The notes beneath the pieces are model-generated. The model saw only the letters and a program-made list of their open reading frames with translations, had not been told where the DNA came from and did no database searches. Positions 33,540-45,925 of a stretch of 64,000 nt of DNA are shown here, piece after piece (positions within the stretch are counted from its first letter, which is position 1; each line of letters opens with the position of its first letter). The translations under genes and the position numbers were made by a program. The DNA lies in the IMG/VR virus record IMGVR_UViG_3300029825_000001, positions 69,558-133,557 of that record; one strand, written 5' to 3'. Source of the DNA: a virus.

Positions 33540-33568
33540 TTGACAATATAGTATACTAATAGTATAAT
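33540..33568 (+). promoter_or_regulatory. sigma-A early promoter
   Basis: TTGACA-17-TATAAT; further near-consensus copies at 35043-35071, 36485-36513, 38134-38162, 42616-42645, 44434-44462, 51133-51161, 55044-55072. Confidence 0.85.
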
Positions 33569-34133
33569 AAAGATAGTTAAGAAAGTTAATTAAATGAACG
33601 GAATAAAAGGAATTTTGGAGGATTGAAAAATGAAAGCAGAAGCAAAGGAATTATATGTATTTACAAAAGACCATTTTGAAAATGATTTATCAAGAATCAG
33701 TAAAAGTTGTGTTGCTCCATTAATAGCAGTACGAAGAGTAGTTAAAAAGGCAATGACAAAATATATAGAAGATTATTGCAGTAAGGGTACACAATTTGAG
33801 GATGTATTTTCTGAAGAAGATTTCCAAGAAGTTAGTAAAAAGATTGTAGATGAATTGGAATAAATATCCTATAAAATCAGCAATTTATCCTATATATTAG
33901 CCTATAATGGCAGAAAGAATATGAGGTAATAACATGAATGATGAAGAGTTAAAAATCAGTAAAATTATGAATATGTTGGATGAAGCAGAACAGAAGAAAC
34001 AAACAGCAGAACAAGAAGATTATGGATATTATGCAGGGGAAGTTGATGCATTAAAGAATGTTTTAGATATATTACAAGGTTAAAAACAACCAATTAGAAC
34101 CAACATTTTAAACCTATAAAGGAGGTGTAACAA

Positions 34134-34676
34134 ATGGAATCTATAATTAAAATTGGTAAAAGTGAATTTTTAACAGATAGATTTATTGAGATAGTAAAGA
34201 ATAGTAAAGTTTATTCAGAGGTATGCGAAACTTTAGGACTTAACAAAACTACTCAAACAACTATCAATAATATTAAAAATGCTATAACAAATTTGAATCT
34301 TAACACATCACACTTTACTTACAAATATACTGTATCTGATAAAGTAGGTGGACAGAACGTAAAAGAATATAGCCTATCAGAGACTAATCAAAAGTATTAT
34401 GATGCTTTTCAAAACAATTTTGATAAATTAATCTCATGGCAACAATATAAAGTGCATTGTGGAGTATTTCTTGAATCACTCAAAGACAAAGATTTTGCAA
34501 CTATAACAATTGAAGATTTAGAAAACTATGTAAATAGCTTAACAGGAAGTCAGCAGACTATCAATAACAGCAAGGCACATATACGTTCTATGATGATTTA
34601 TGTAGTCAAGAATAATATAGCTGAAGCCTTTGAAAAGGTTAGCAAAGAAATGTTATTGTATTTAATTACTAAATAG
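34134..34676 (+). CDS. Stand-alone integrase SAM-like (core-binding) domain protein with N-terminal HTH
   Basis: C-terminal DFATITIEDLENYVNSL..SQQTINNSKAHIRSMMIY; no catalytic domain follows. Confidence 0.5.
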   Translation: MESIIKIGKSEFLTDRFIEIVKNSKVYSEVCETLGLNKTTQTTINNIKNAITNLNLNTSHFTYKYTVSDKVGGQNVKEYSLSETNQKYYDAFQNNFDKLISWQQYKVHCGVFLESLKDKDFATITIEDLENYVNSLTGSQQTINNSKAHIRSMMIYVVKNNIAEAFEKVSKEMLLYLITK

Positions 34677-35572
34677 GTATAATAGTAGTAATAGTATGAC
34701 AATAAACCTATAACAACCATAGGAGGTTACATGATGGAAGAGTATATTATTTTTTATGCAGATAAAAACCCAGATACAATAGAATATGATAATGACGAAA
34801 GGTTTTTATTTACAAATGAAACTGAAGCTATAAAGCAAGCTAATAAATGGCATAAAGAAGAAAAAGGTAAATATGCTTGTAATCAATATGTTGTGTATCT
34901 ATTTGTTGATAAGAAAAAAGTTAAAAAGGTTTATGAAACTGTATAATGAAATTGGTAAAATATACCAATTAAAATTGTAGATTTAATGGGTGTTTATATC
35001 CTATTTAATTGGAATAAATATAAAAATATATTGAAAATTATATTGACAGTATAGTTTCAAAATGCTATAATTAGATATACAAAGAGATACAAAAGTATGT
35101 TAAAATTATGTATTATAGAAAGAGGGTTATATAATGAAAATAGATGAAATGATAGAAAAATTACAACAAATGAGAAATGAATGTGGAAATATTGATGTGA
35201 TTGTTAGATGTGGATGTACCATATCCAGTAATTTAGAAATAGAAGATATCAACAATGAAAGCTATGGATATAATAGAATCAGTATTGTTGATAAGGATAG
35301 GGATTAATAGAAAGAAGGTATTAAGATGGGAGATTGTAATAATTCATTAATAGTAGACATTAATATGTTTAAGGATAGTATACCAAAAGATGCTGATAGG
35401 CTATTACATTTCTTTGATAAAAAGGAATATGAAAATGTTTTATATTATGCTGAAAGAATTTTAGAATTAACAAAAGATGCAATTGAACAACAAAAGATAC
35501 TGGATGAGAATATTAAATTTGAATGGTATGGTAATTAAAATATTGAATTGGTAGGAAAAGGAGTGATTTAAA

Positions 35573-36061
35573 ATGATTGAATTTGAAAAGAAGATAGACG
35601 AAAGAACCAGAAATTATTTAACAATTTGTAAAAATAATATAGGATGGTTAGGTAATAATGGAGGATGGGACGGAATTGAAGAAATATTAAAGAAAAAAGA
35701 AGTGTTTGAAAAAGCTAATCTACAGAAACTTAAAACATACGGTGGATATGTGAACAGTAGCGATATTGATATTTACTCGTATGAAACAGACGGAAATAAA
35801 AGATATTGTGCAGAATTATCTTATCAGACCGATATTGATGATTATTGTACAGAGACGCATATTTTTAATCATTTTCCTTCCAGAGAGAATGTTTTAACAG
35901 CGAGAGTAATTAAAGACATAGAATTTGCAATAATGTTCAAGGGATTGAAAACAGAATTCAATTGTTGGGAATGCGGTCATCATGCTCATTGGCTAGATAA
36001 TAACAGTGGAACATTAGAAGAGAAGTTTGACAGAATGAAAGATAAATATTGTGGGTGTTAA
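35573..36061 (+). CDS. Hypothetical protein with C-terminal CWECG...CGC Zn site
   Basis: 162 aa with RBS. Confidence 0.6.
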   Translation: MIEFEKKIDERTRNYLTICKNNIGWLGNNGGWDGIEEILKKKEVFEKANLQKLKTYGGYVNSSDIDIYSYETDGNKRYCAELSYQTDIDDYCTETHIFNHFPSRENVLTARVIKDIEFAIMFKGLKTEFNCWECGHHAHWLDNNSGTLEEKFDRMKDKYCGC

Positions 36062-36319
36062 ATCCGATAAATCGATTATTTGATGTATAGAAAGGAAGAT
36101 ATAAAATGACAACATTTGAACAATTGAAAGAAAATATCAAGGTATTAACCAATGAAGAAGCTAAAAAGCATATTAAAACATTATACGAATATAATCAAAT
36201 TACTTTTGATGAAGTGCTAAATATTGCAAAATTATTGTAATAGCCGTTAAAATGATTGATTTATATGTTTAAAAAGGTTATATCTTGATTTATGTATAAT
36301 ATAATGATATTATACATTT

Positions 36320-36451
36320 AGACTTATCGCTTTTGCAGGGCGGTCAGTCCAATATTTTGGGTTTAAGACACAGTCACTTCTACAATGGTGGCTAGTCCGA
36401 GAATCGTTACAAGATAATAACCTTCTATGCAAGTTTGGTTATTATCTTTTT
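36320..36451 (+). ncRNA. Candidate ~130-nt sRNA
   Basis: TTGATT-17-TATTAT with extended TG (36285-36313); GC-rich hairpins; 12-bp terminator stem 36411-36422/36437-36448 plus T-run; no ORF with RBS. Confidence 0.6.
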
Positions 36452-36797
36452 AACTACTACAAATAAAAAAGTTTCAAAAGTATATTGACAATATAATAAA
36501 TAAGTGTTATTATTAATATATCAAGTAAAGCAAATAAAAAATATGTGAGGTATTAAAAATGAGTAAACTAGAATTATTAAACAAAGAATTAATGAGATAT
36601 GGATTTATTAAAAAGCATTTTATTACAGATAGTAATAATGGCACGACAACAATAAGAGTAATTGAATATCAGAGTAAAACATATTGGCATCATATGTATA
36701 ATGGAAATATTGTAGAAATTACAGAATTGTAATAGGGATTGAAATAAATCACTATTCACTAAATAAAAAATATTACATATTTAAAGGAGAAGAAAAA

Positions 36798-37862
36798 ATG
36801 AAAAATGTTGTAAATGCAAGTGAATTTTTAAAGGCTATAACTAAAGTAAGCAAGGTATTACCTAAAAAATCATCATTCAAAATTTTAGAAGAAGTAAAAG
36901 TTGAATTTATAGATAACAAATGTATTATAACTGGAACAGACATTGAGCAGATAATTATATCAGAAATTGAAGCTAATGGAGATAATTTTAGTTTTGTATT
37001 TAAAGATACAAATTTAATTATTAAAGCAAGCAAACATTTTGATTCTGATTTAGAATTTGTCTATGAAGATGATAAAATTATTCTTAATAGCAATGGAAAA
37101 TCATGCAAACAATTAACCTTATCAGTAAAAGAATATCCAGACATTCCAAAGATAAAAGCAGATAATTCATATGATGTAAATTCCACAGAATTATTTGAAA
37201 GATATAATAAAATTAAATATGCAGTAGGTAATGATATAACTAGACCTGTAATAACAGGAGTATGTTTTAAAAATAATAAAATGGTTGCTCTTGATGGATT
37301 TAGAATGGCAATCAACACTAATGATAATTTAACAGTTGCTAATGAGATTATCGTTCCTCAAAACGCATTAAATTTATTATCTATTTATGATAAAAATATT
37401 AAATTGCAGATGCAGACAAATGATAAATATATAGTTTTTACAGATGAAAATACTAAGTTAATCAGTAGGTTGATAGAAGGCGAATATTTTGATTTTGAAA
37501 AGATTGTACCACAGAATTCATCTGAAGAATATAATGTTACAATTAAAGAATATATAAATGAATTAAAGTATCTAAAAGAATTTGTAAATAATAAAAATGT
37601 AAAAACAGAACCAGTTAAGTTTGAAAAGGGTATATTGTCTATTCAAAATGCAGATGGTGAATATTCTTCCAATGTTAATTTTGGGCATGAATCAGATATT
37701 GTGTATGGCTTTAACTGTAATTATATGCTAGATGCTTTGAATCAATTTAAAGATAATGAGACAGTAAATTATAAGGTTATAAGTAGGATTGCTCCTATGA
37801 TATTATCTAATGACAATGATTTAGCTTTAGTATTGCCAATTAGATTAAAAGATGTAGCTTAA
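36798..37862 (+). CDS. dnaN: DNA polymerase III beta sliding clamp
   Basis: 354 aa; GTD, TRPVITGV, ALDGFRMA, SRLIEGEY, GFNCNYMLDAL, LVLPIR. Confidence 0.92.
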   Translation: MKNVVNASEFLKAITKVSKVLPKKSSFKILEEVKVEFIDNKCIITGTDIEQIIISEIEANGDNFSFVFKDTNLIIKASKHFDSDLEFVYEDDKIILNSNGKSCKQLTLSVKEYPDIPKIKADNSYDVNSTELFERYNKIKYAVGNDITRPVITGVCFKNNKMVALDGFRMAINTNDNLTVANEIIVPQNALNLLSIYDKNIKLQMQTNDKYIVFTDENTKLISRLIEGEYFDFEKIVPQNSSEEYNVTIKEYINELKYLKEFVNNKNVKTEPVKFEKGILSIQNADGEYSSNVNFGHESDIVYGFNCNYMLDALNQFKDNETVNYKVISRIAPMILSNDNDLALVLPIRLKDVA

Positions 37863-38248
37863 TAATTAGACTAAATAAAAAATATATTATAGCTTTAGTA
37901 TAAAATTATATATTAAGGCTATAATATATAGATTAAAACGGTCAATTTATAGGTATAGGAGAAGTAAAATGCAAGATAATCATATAATACTAAAGGGAAT
38001 ATTAAATCGCATACAGGAGATAAAAACAACCAATAAACAAAGGTTTGATGATGAACTGGAAATATTGCAGAGTCAGTATAATCTATATGTGAATCTGATA
38101 TAAAAATAACTGTAATAAATATAAAAGTTTATATTGACAATATAATTTGAGCATGGTATAATTAGTTATAAGTTAAAGAGATACATAAAAACAAAATATT
38201 AAGTGGAATAAATATAAAATATTTTGTTTAAGAATTGGAGGGTTAAAG

Positions 38249-41200
38249 ATGAAACTTACAAGTGAAGATATTCAAAAAGTTGCTAATGGTATATCAAATT
38301 ATTTCTATAACAATAATTTAGAAGCTACAAAACAGTTAATGGATTTATTTGAAAGAATTACAAAGAAATTCTTAAATACTTGTGAAGATTATATTCAAAT
38401 GTATGATGATAATTTTTACACTTATCAAACATTTGACGAACTTGTTAAAAGTGAAGAAGAAATAAATGATGGATTAACAAGAGAAGAATGTATGGAACAA
38501 TTAAATAAAAGCATATGGCAGTTGCCATGTGGATGGTATGTTCAATATGTATAACAAATAAAAGTTCTGTTTTATAGGCTCACCTGAGCAGAAAGAAGGT
38601 AAAAAGATGAAAAATATTTATTTTGCAGTAACTATAAAAGAAGATGAAAAATATTACAGTTATGTTGTTAAAACAACAGAAAGTGACAATATTTTAAGTA
38701 AACTAAATATTAAAAATATTATATCTGCTAATATACTTCCTAAAAATGAAGCAAAAAGAACTGCCGAATATTGGAATGAATGTCATAAGAACAATGGTAC
38801 TTATATGTTTGCAGAGCCATTATTTTAAGGATAACAGAGTAGTTAAAACGAAAATTTCATGTTGAATTATAGAAAGGTAATGGTAGTTAAAATGAAAAGA
38901 TATAAAACTTATGAATGATTCCCAACGTACAAAGAGGTTTTAGAAACATATAACAATTTAGTAGATGAAATCAAAGGTATAACAACAATAGAACAGGCTT
39001 TAGAATATCAAAATAAACATGGTATTACTGTGGAAATTGACGGAGATGGTATTGATAATTATATTAAATCTGGTGGTGCTAATGAAGAAATTCAATGGAT
39101 TAGGTATGAAGAAATCAATCAGTTGGCATATGTATATTGTATGATAGGTGATAGAAAAGTAACTGATATTCGTTTTGATGTTTACTGTGAATGGAGTGAA
39201 GATGAATTTATTGATAATGTCAACGCTTTAACACAAGCAGAATATTATAACAAAATTGAAGAATATATCAAGTTCTTTAACAATCAAGATTTTAAGGTTA
39301 TTGGTGAAGAAGAAGAGCTTACAGATTTGAAGTTTGTAGTATAAGTAAAGCCGATGAAATGGAGATTTTAAGGGAGGAAATAAAAATGATAAAAGGTAGT
39401 TTTATTCAAGTTGTAAATGAAAAAGGTTATTATGATGTAGAAAGTCAAGAAGAAATAAAGGAATATCTTGAAGATATAAAAGACAAAACAGACACATATA
39501 TATTTAATGGTTTAGAAAAAGGTTATATAACCTATGACGAATTGCAAACATTACCAGATGATAATTATGTAGTGTTATATCAAGAAGATGATGGGAGCAT
39601 GACTTATTATCAAAGAGCAAATATAAATGTCAACAAAGAACAAATTGAAAAAATATTATCACAAAAGTTAACAAAAGATTGGGATACTAACGAAGATTTA
39701 ACTAAACAATGTGCTTATATCTATAGAATGTCAGATGGTGAAAAGATAGCTTAAAATTAATGATATAGTGAGGTGTAAAATATATGAAAAAAGTATATGT
39801 AGTTTGTGAATATGTTGAACATGGTAATGAAATTATTGGAATTTATGAAACAGAAGAAAAGGCAAACAAAGTTCATCAAGAACAACCAACATTTAGATAT
39901 GTAGAAAAACATTATGTTGAATAACATTACCAATAGAATTAACGATTTAATGGGGTAAATAAAAATATGGATAATGAAACTTTAAAAGATATTATAAGAA
40001 CAGCATTTAAAAAAGGTGAATTATGGGGAGTAACATATTCAACATGGTTTGAGCCAAATGAAGAACAAACAGAAGAACAAATTGAAAAAGCTATTGATGA
40101 AATATTAGATTAGGAGATAAAAATGCATATAAAAGATATTGGGTTTATAGTAGATAGTAACCCTACAACAGAAGTAAAATGTTCTTGTGGGTATATAACA
40201 CAACTAAAAGTAAAGTCATTAAAAGATATTGAATCTGAAATAGATTTTTTACAATGGCAGTTAAATGATATTCTTGAAAAACATAAAGAAGATAATATGT
40301 ATAACAAATGCATTATAACCTTAGAGGGTAAAATTGAAGCTTTAAAATGGGTAATAGGTTTATATGATGAACATTAGAATGTGAGGTAGCTATTTAATGG
40401 AAAAGGTTTATAAGCTTAAAGATAAAACAGGTAAAATATATAAATGTAAATTCAATCATATTTCGATAGTAATTGAATTTGCTAGGATAAGTAACTTAAA
40501 ATTCATCAATTAAAAGAAGTCTTTTATTTAGGTATAACAGGAAGGAAGATAAGAATGGATAAGAAGTATAGAAAAATTGAATTTATGATTGGTAGCACTA
40601 TTGAACAAGCAGTAAATGAACTGTTAAAGTATAAGGAACAAAGAATATTAGTAAGTGGTAGTTTTAATGGTCATATTCTATATTCAGACACAGTAAGTAT
40701 GGATAGTGCTTATTTAGAAATTATGGGAAAAACTAAATGTCAGTTTGAATCAGAACAAAAAGAGAGAAGAGAAAAACAAGAAAAAGCTGAACAAGAATTT
40801 AAAGAAGCTTTACCAAGATATATTGAAAATTGGAAAAATAAAGGTAGAAAAGTATTATCGGAAGATAAATGGGAATATTGGGATAAAATTGTACCTATTA
40901 GAGCAAATGATTTATATCATGGAATGGAACTGGATAACACATTGGATATTATATGTTCACTAAAAGAAAATAAATTAGAAGAAGCTAAGAATAAATTTGA
41001 TAAACAAGGACATTCTGGAATGTCTGCAAGTTTGGTATTTGGTATGATAAGAGAATTTTATGATGATGGTGATAAGTTTGTTGAGTATATGAAATAAGCA
41101 CTTAGATTCAGAGTTTAACGGTATAACAGAACTTATAACAGATTACATAGAAAGGTTAGGTATAACAGGATGAGAATATTAATGATTGGTATATTAATTA

Positions 41201-43645
41201 TATGGATTGGTTGGAATATATTATATACTACAGCGTTTATCAAATGTAAAAACCAGACATACGATTTAAAACTACAACAAAATTGTAAAAATGTACACAT
41301 ATTATGGTTTAAAATTAAAGGAAAAACAATTGGCGATATACTCTTTAGATACATATTAAATATATGGTTTACAATCATAGTATTATTTATTAAGTTAATG
41401 AAAATAAAAGTGAGTATATAAAATAAGTCTTCTAAAGGATATTGGAAAGGAGTAACAAGATGAAACAAATTAATAAAATAAATTATATACCAAATTTCTC
41501 AAATATAACCAGTGTGGCGAGAATGTTAAATTTAGAACTAAACGAAGTGTTTCAAATACAAATGTTTACACATAAAAACCCTTATAAATTGTGGTACAAA
41601 ATAACAGAGCAAGGATTATTGTATTCTAATACAATTAATGGCTTTTATAATCATTCTGATGCTTTAGAAGGCATAATCTTAGGAAAACACCAAATAATTA
41701 AAATAGCTTAAAATCAATGTTTTAAAGGTTGGAAAGGAAGATATGAAATGACAAATGAACAACAAGAAATAAAGAAAGCATGGCTTCAGATTATGGCTAT
41801 CTTAGATGAAACTGGTTATAGCTTTATGTATATGGATGAAATTTCTAAAATTGCAAATGTGGTAAGAAAAGAAATTGGTTTGGATTAGTTGATGAGTTTA
41901 AAGATAAGGAGAATAAAAATAATGAGAGATTATATACATATGATTATGACACAACTAGCTAGTATTTTATTTAATGCAACTCAAAGAGCAAGCAATGTAA
42001 CTAAAGATGAAATACTGGATAGTATAAAACGAATGTTGGTTGATTACAACGCAATAGTCAAGGGTAGTGGTAACGAGGTTCAAATTAAAGATTTTAGAGA
42101 ACAAAATTAGCCATTAAATTCGGTATTCTATGGCACAAAAGGAAGTGATATAAATGAAACTAATAGACCAAATGGAAACAATAAAACTAATGGAAAGATA
42201 TAATAATACACCACGAAGAATTATTAAAGAGAATCTGCTCTATATAATCAAGAATAAAGAAAAATATGAAACTAAAGATATTACTCAGATGTTAGATATT
42301 ACACAGGTAAAAGTTCTAAGTTGGTTTAATATGTCAAGTCAAAATATACCTACTTTCTATGATGCATTAAGACTAGCAACAAAATGTGGTGTAGATATAG
42401 AAGAGTTTATAAATACGGAACGATTTGGTTATTTTAAGAGTTTTAAATATCCAATAGAGCAAAGTGTTAAAATAGCAGAATATGATTATTTTAAGGAGAG
42501 TGAAGCAATATGGCAGTAGTATTTTTCGGATTTTTATTTATAGTAGCAAAGTGCATTGAAGGTTAATTTTATTGAACTAAATAAAAAAGTTTTTAGAAAA
42601 TGTTACTAATTATTATTGACAGATAAAGGGGATTGGGATTATAATAAGGGTAAGTTAAAAGGGTAAAAAGAATAGGATATAGAAACCTTATTTTAAGGTG
42701 AATTTAGGAGTAAAAAATGAATTACGAAAATGAAATGATGAATTTAATACTTGAACATAAAAAACTAAAAGAGAACGAAGAGGAATTAAGAGACTTTTTA
42801 AACGACCTTAAAAATAATGCAGAAGAAACTAGCTTAGAATATGTAATTACAAGACTAGATATTATACTAAACAACCGTTAAAAACAAGATTTTATAGGAG
42901 GAAAACAAGATGAATGAAGAAGATGGAGAAGTTATTTTTGATTTAAACAATTATGTTTCTTGTACTAAAGAAGAATACGAAAAAGAAGTAAGTGAATATC
43001 TCAAGAAATCCATAGAAAAAGATAAAGAGTTTTGGGATACTCATAATGGATATAGCGATATGTCTATTCATTTAAATAAATCATTAGAAGAAGTCATGCA
43101 GTTAATCGAATTTAATATATGTTTAACTCTTCAAGGTCATGTTGAAAAGAAAATCAAATCATATAGAATTGGCAAAACATTTACATTAACTGATTTATTA
43201 AAATTAGCAGATGATAATTTTTATGAACAAATAAATGTATTATTAAGAAATAATAATTTCTTAGAAAATAATAGCAAAATTAAATATGAAATAATACAAT
43301 TAACATGGAGAGCAATAGGTATGGCAATTAAGAATAATAGACATTTATTAGCAGAAGTCAATGACTCAACATTTAAAAGAATTGCTAGTAAAAATGTTAA
43401 GAGGATTTAAATGCTCTAAGGAGTGGAAAGTGAGTATTAAGATGGATTATTTAGTAACTGGATATGGTCGTGGAATGTCCAGAAGCGGAATTGAATTTTG
43501 TAAGGTTAAAGCAAAATCTGAAGAAGATGCATTATCAAAAATTTATAAATCAATATGGTATGATTATCATGCAACAGAATTTAATCAATTAAAGTATGAT
43601 GAATTAAGAGATGATATTCATAATAGAGAAATTGTAAGCAATTAA
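38249..43645 (+). CDS. Cluster of small hypothetical early genes (38249-38554, 38607-38828, 39359-39754, 40123-40377, 40555-41097, 41170-41421, 41442-41711, 42154-42519 HTH-like, 42910-43410 DUF1413-like)
   Basis: Co-oriented ORFs with RBS, many delimited by the 16-bp palindrome. Confidence 0.6.
38892..39344 (+). pseudogene. ORF interrupted by in-frame TGA at codon 9
   Basis: RBS plus ATG 38892, MKRYKTYE*FPTYKEVLE... in frame with ORF 39030-39344. Confidence 0.55.
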
Positions 43646-43677
43646 AATGAGAATTCTAAAGGGAGTGATGTATAATT

Positions 43678-43938
43678 ATGGCATTTGTATATGATAAATT
43701 ATGGGAATTAATAGAGAAGCAAGGAATAAATAAAGAGCAGTTGCGAAATAAAATCGGTGCTTCACAAACTACAATTGTAAAGATGGGGCGAAATGAAAAT
43801 GTATCATTAGATATTATCGATAGGATTTGTGATGTGCTAGATTGCATCCCAAAAGATATTATTGAATATGTAAAACATGATGAAAATATTGAGAATCAAA
43901 TACTTGAACTAGAAAAGAAATTAAGAAGTAGTTTTTGA
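43678..43938 (+). CDS. XRE/Cro-C1 HTH regulator
   Basis: YDKLWELIEKQGINKEQLRNKIGASQTTIVKMGRNENVSLDIIDRICDVLDC. Confidence 0.85.
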   Translation: MAFVYDKLWELIEKQGINKEQLRNKIGASQTTIVKMGRNENVSLDIIDRICDVLDCIPKDIIEYVKHDENIENQILELEKKLRSSF

Positions 43939-44495
43939 ATTGGTGTTTAAATCAGACATTTTAATCGGTTTTAGAGATTTTAAAACGTTGAAATTTCAAT
44001 AGTTTAGAAAGGAGAAATTATGCAAAAAAGTGATTTTAAGAAAGAACAAATAGTATTTCTTAAATACATAGGAGATAGAAGACATGGTACAATTGGAGAT
44101 ATAAAAGAAGCTATTGTAAAAAGTGTTGGAAGTAAGTATATCACAGTTACTTTAGGTCGATGGGAAGAATACAAGTTTATTATTGATGAAGATTTTAGAC
44201 AATATTATGATATTGGTGGTCAAGATTATGAATTATATTTAACTAGACAACAGATTGAAGATGAAAATGAAGCATTAGAAATTACTGATTTCATTATAAA
44301 ATATATGCCACAGGGGTATGGCAGACATTGTGCTAAATTACCATTAGATAAGTTAAGACGTATTAAAGCAATTATAGAAGAATAAATACATTTAATATGT
44401 GTAAAAACTTTGTACAAAATTTTGATATAAGTATTGACATAAATTTTCCAATATGATATATTAATAATATCAAATAAGAAAGGAAAATAAAAAAT

Positions 44496-44678
44496 ATGAG
44501 AATTCAAGATTTAGAAAGTTTGCTAATGAATGTATCAGACGTAAGAGCCAAAATAGCCGAGATAATAGAAAACAGGTAGACTAAGGTTATAGTTAAAAAT
44601 AACGTGCCTAAATCGGTTATTATACCCTATGATGAGTATGTAGAGTTAATGAATAAGATTGAACAATTAAATAAATAA
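44496..44678 (+). pseudogene. Phd/YefM-like antitoxin with internal amber codon
   Basis: MRIQDLESLLMNVSDVRAKIAEIIENR*TKVIVKNNVPKSVIIPYDEYVELMNKIEQLNK; TAG at 44577-44579; TGTACA palindrome at 44404-44423 beside its promoter. Confidence 0.65.
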
Positions 44679-44719
44679 ATTTGTAAAATTTATAAGAAGA
44701 AAGGAGTATATAAATTAAT

Positions 44720-45925
44720 ATGAAAGAATGTAGAGTAGAACAACAAGTAATTAAAAAGAATCATCCAATGTGGAAAGTAATTGATGAAAATTGCTTTTAC
44801 TCTAAGAATCTATATAATTATGCAAATTATATTATCAGACAAGAGTTTGTTAAAAATAAAAGATGGATTAAATATAAGGAACTTGATAAAATGTTACAAC
44901 AATCTGAATCGTATAAACAATTACAGAGTCAGCCATCTCAATGCACATTACAAGTATTAGATAGAAATTGGAAATCTTTCTTTATATCTATTAAAGATTG
45001 GAATATCCATAAAAATAAATATTTAGGAATGCCTAAATTACCTAAATATTTGAAACAGAATGGTAGATATCCTTGGTTTATTAAAAATAACTGTTGTTAT
45101 ATTGACGGAAATATTTTACATTTTAGAGTTAGACGATTACATGGATATGACTGGAAGACTCATGCACAGGGTAGATTAATCTGTGTAAGATTTATTCCAA
45201 GAGGTAGTGTTTATGTAATGGAAGTTGTAACAGAGATTGAGATACCAGATGAAGTTTCAACAGAATCTAAGAATATTGCTAGTATTGATTTAGGTGTAAA
45301 CAATTTTGTAACTTTAACAAATAATATTGGTAAGCAACCAATTATTATTAATGGCAAAATTGTAAAGAGTATAAATCAATATTATAACAAACAAAAGAGT
45401 CAAATCCAAAGTGATGTAATGAAACGAAATAAAAAATATTGGAGTAATAAACTTGATACATTAACATTTAAACGTAATATGAGAGTTAGGAATTTTGTTC
45501 ATCATAGTAGTAAATATATTGTTAAGTGGTGTATAGAAAATAATATAGATACTCTTATATGTGGTTTAAATAAGACTTGGAAACAAGAATGTAGCATGAA
45601 TAACACATCTACGCAAAATTTTGTATATCTACCTTATAATATGTTAATTCAACAATTAGAATATAAGTGTAGAGAAAAAGGAATTAGATTTATCACTACA
45701 GAAGAATCTTATACTTCAGGAACGAGTTTCTTAGATGGAGAAATTCCTTGTAAAGAAAATTATGATAAGAGTAGAAGAGTTAAAAGAGGGTTATTTCAAG
45801 CTTACAATCAGTTAATTAATAGTGATGTTAATGGTTCATTACAAATAATGATGAAGGTAATTCCAAATGCTTTTAGCTATGGAATAGAGGGTAATCTAAC
45901 CCCTATAGTTATAAATGTAATTTAG
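44720..45925 (+). CDS. tnpB: TnpB RNA-guided nuclease (IS200/IS605 type, rearranged RuvC-II clade); no transposase adjacent
   Basis: RuvC-I SIDLGVNN, ICGLNKTWKQ lacking canonical Glu, TEESYTS, RuvC-III INSDVNG; hairpin GGGTTTATAAAACCC just downstream. Confidence 0.88.
   Translation: MKECRVEQQVIKKNHPMWKVIDENCFYSKNLYNYANYIIRQEFVKNKRWIKYKELDKMLQQSESYKQLQSQPSQCTLQVLDRNWKSFFISIKDWNIHKNKYLGMPKLPKYLKQNGRYPWFIKNNCCYIDGNILHFRVRRLHGYDWKTHAQGRLICVRFIPRGSVYVMEVVTEIEIPDEVSTESKNIASIDLGVNNFVTLTNNIGKQPIIINGKIVKSINQYYNKQKSQIQSDVMKRNKKYWSNKLDTLTFKRNMRVRNFVHHSSKYIVKWCIENNIDTLICGLNKTWKQECSMNNTSTQNFVYLPYNMLIQQLEYKCREKGIRFITTEESYTSGTSFLDGEIPCKENYDKSRRVKRGLFQAYNQLINSDVNGSLQIMMKVIPNAFSYGIEGNLTPIVINVI

Noticed and set aside
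35080-38190. AAAGAGATACA just downstream of two promoters (about 35081, 38176) as an SPBRE equivalent
   Set aside because: Only two clear copies, and I cannot verify the SPBRE consensus here.
44577-44579. Genome-wide amber (TAG) recoding
   Set aside because: TAG cleanly ends intact genes (49191, 50207, 50633), each followed directly by the next RBS and start.
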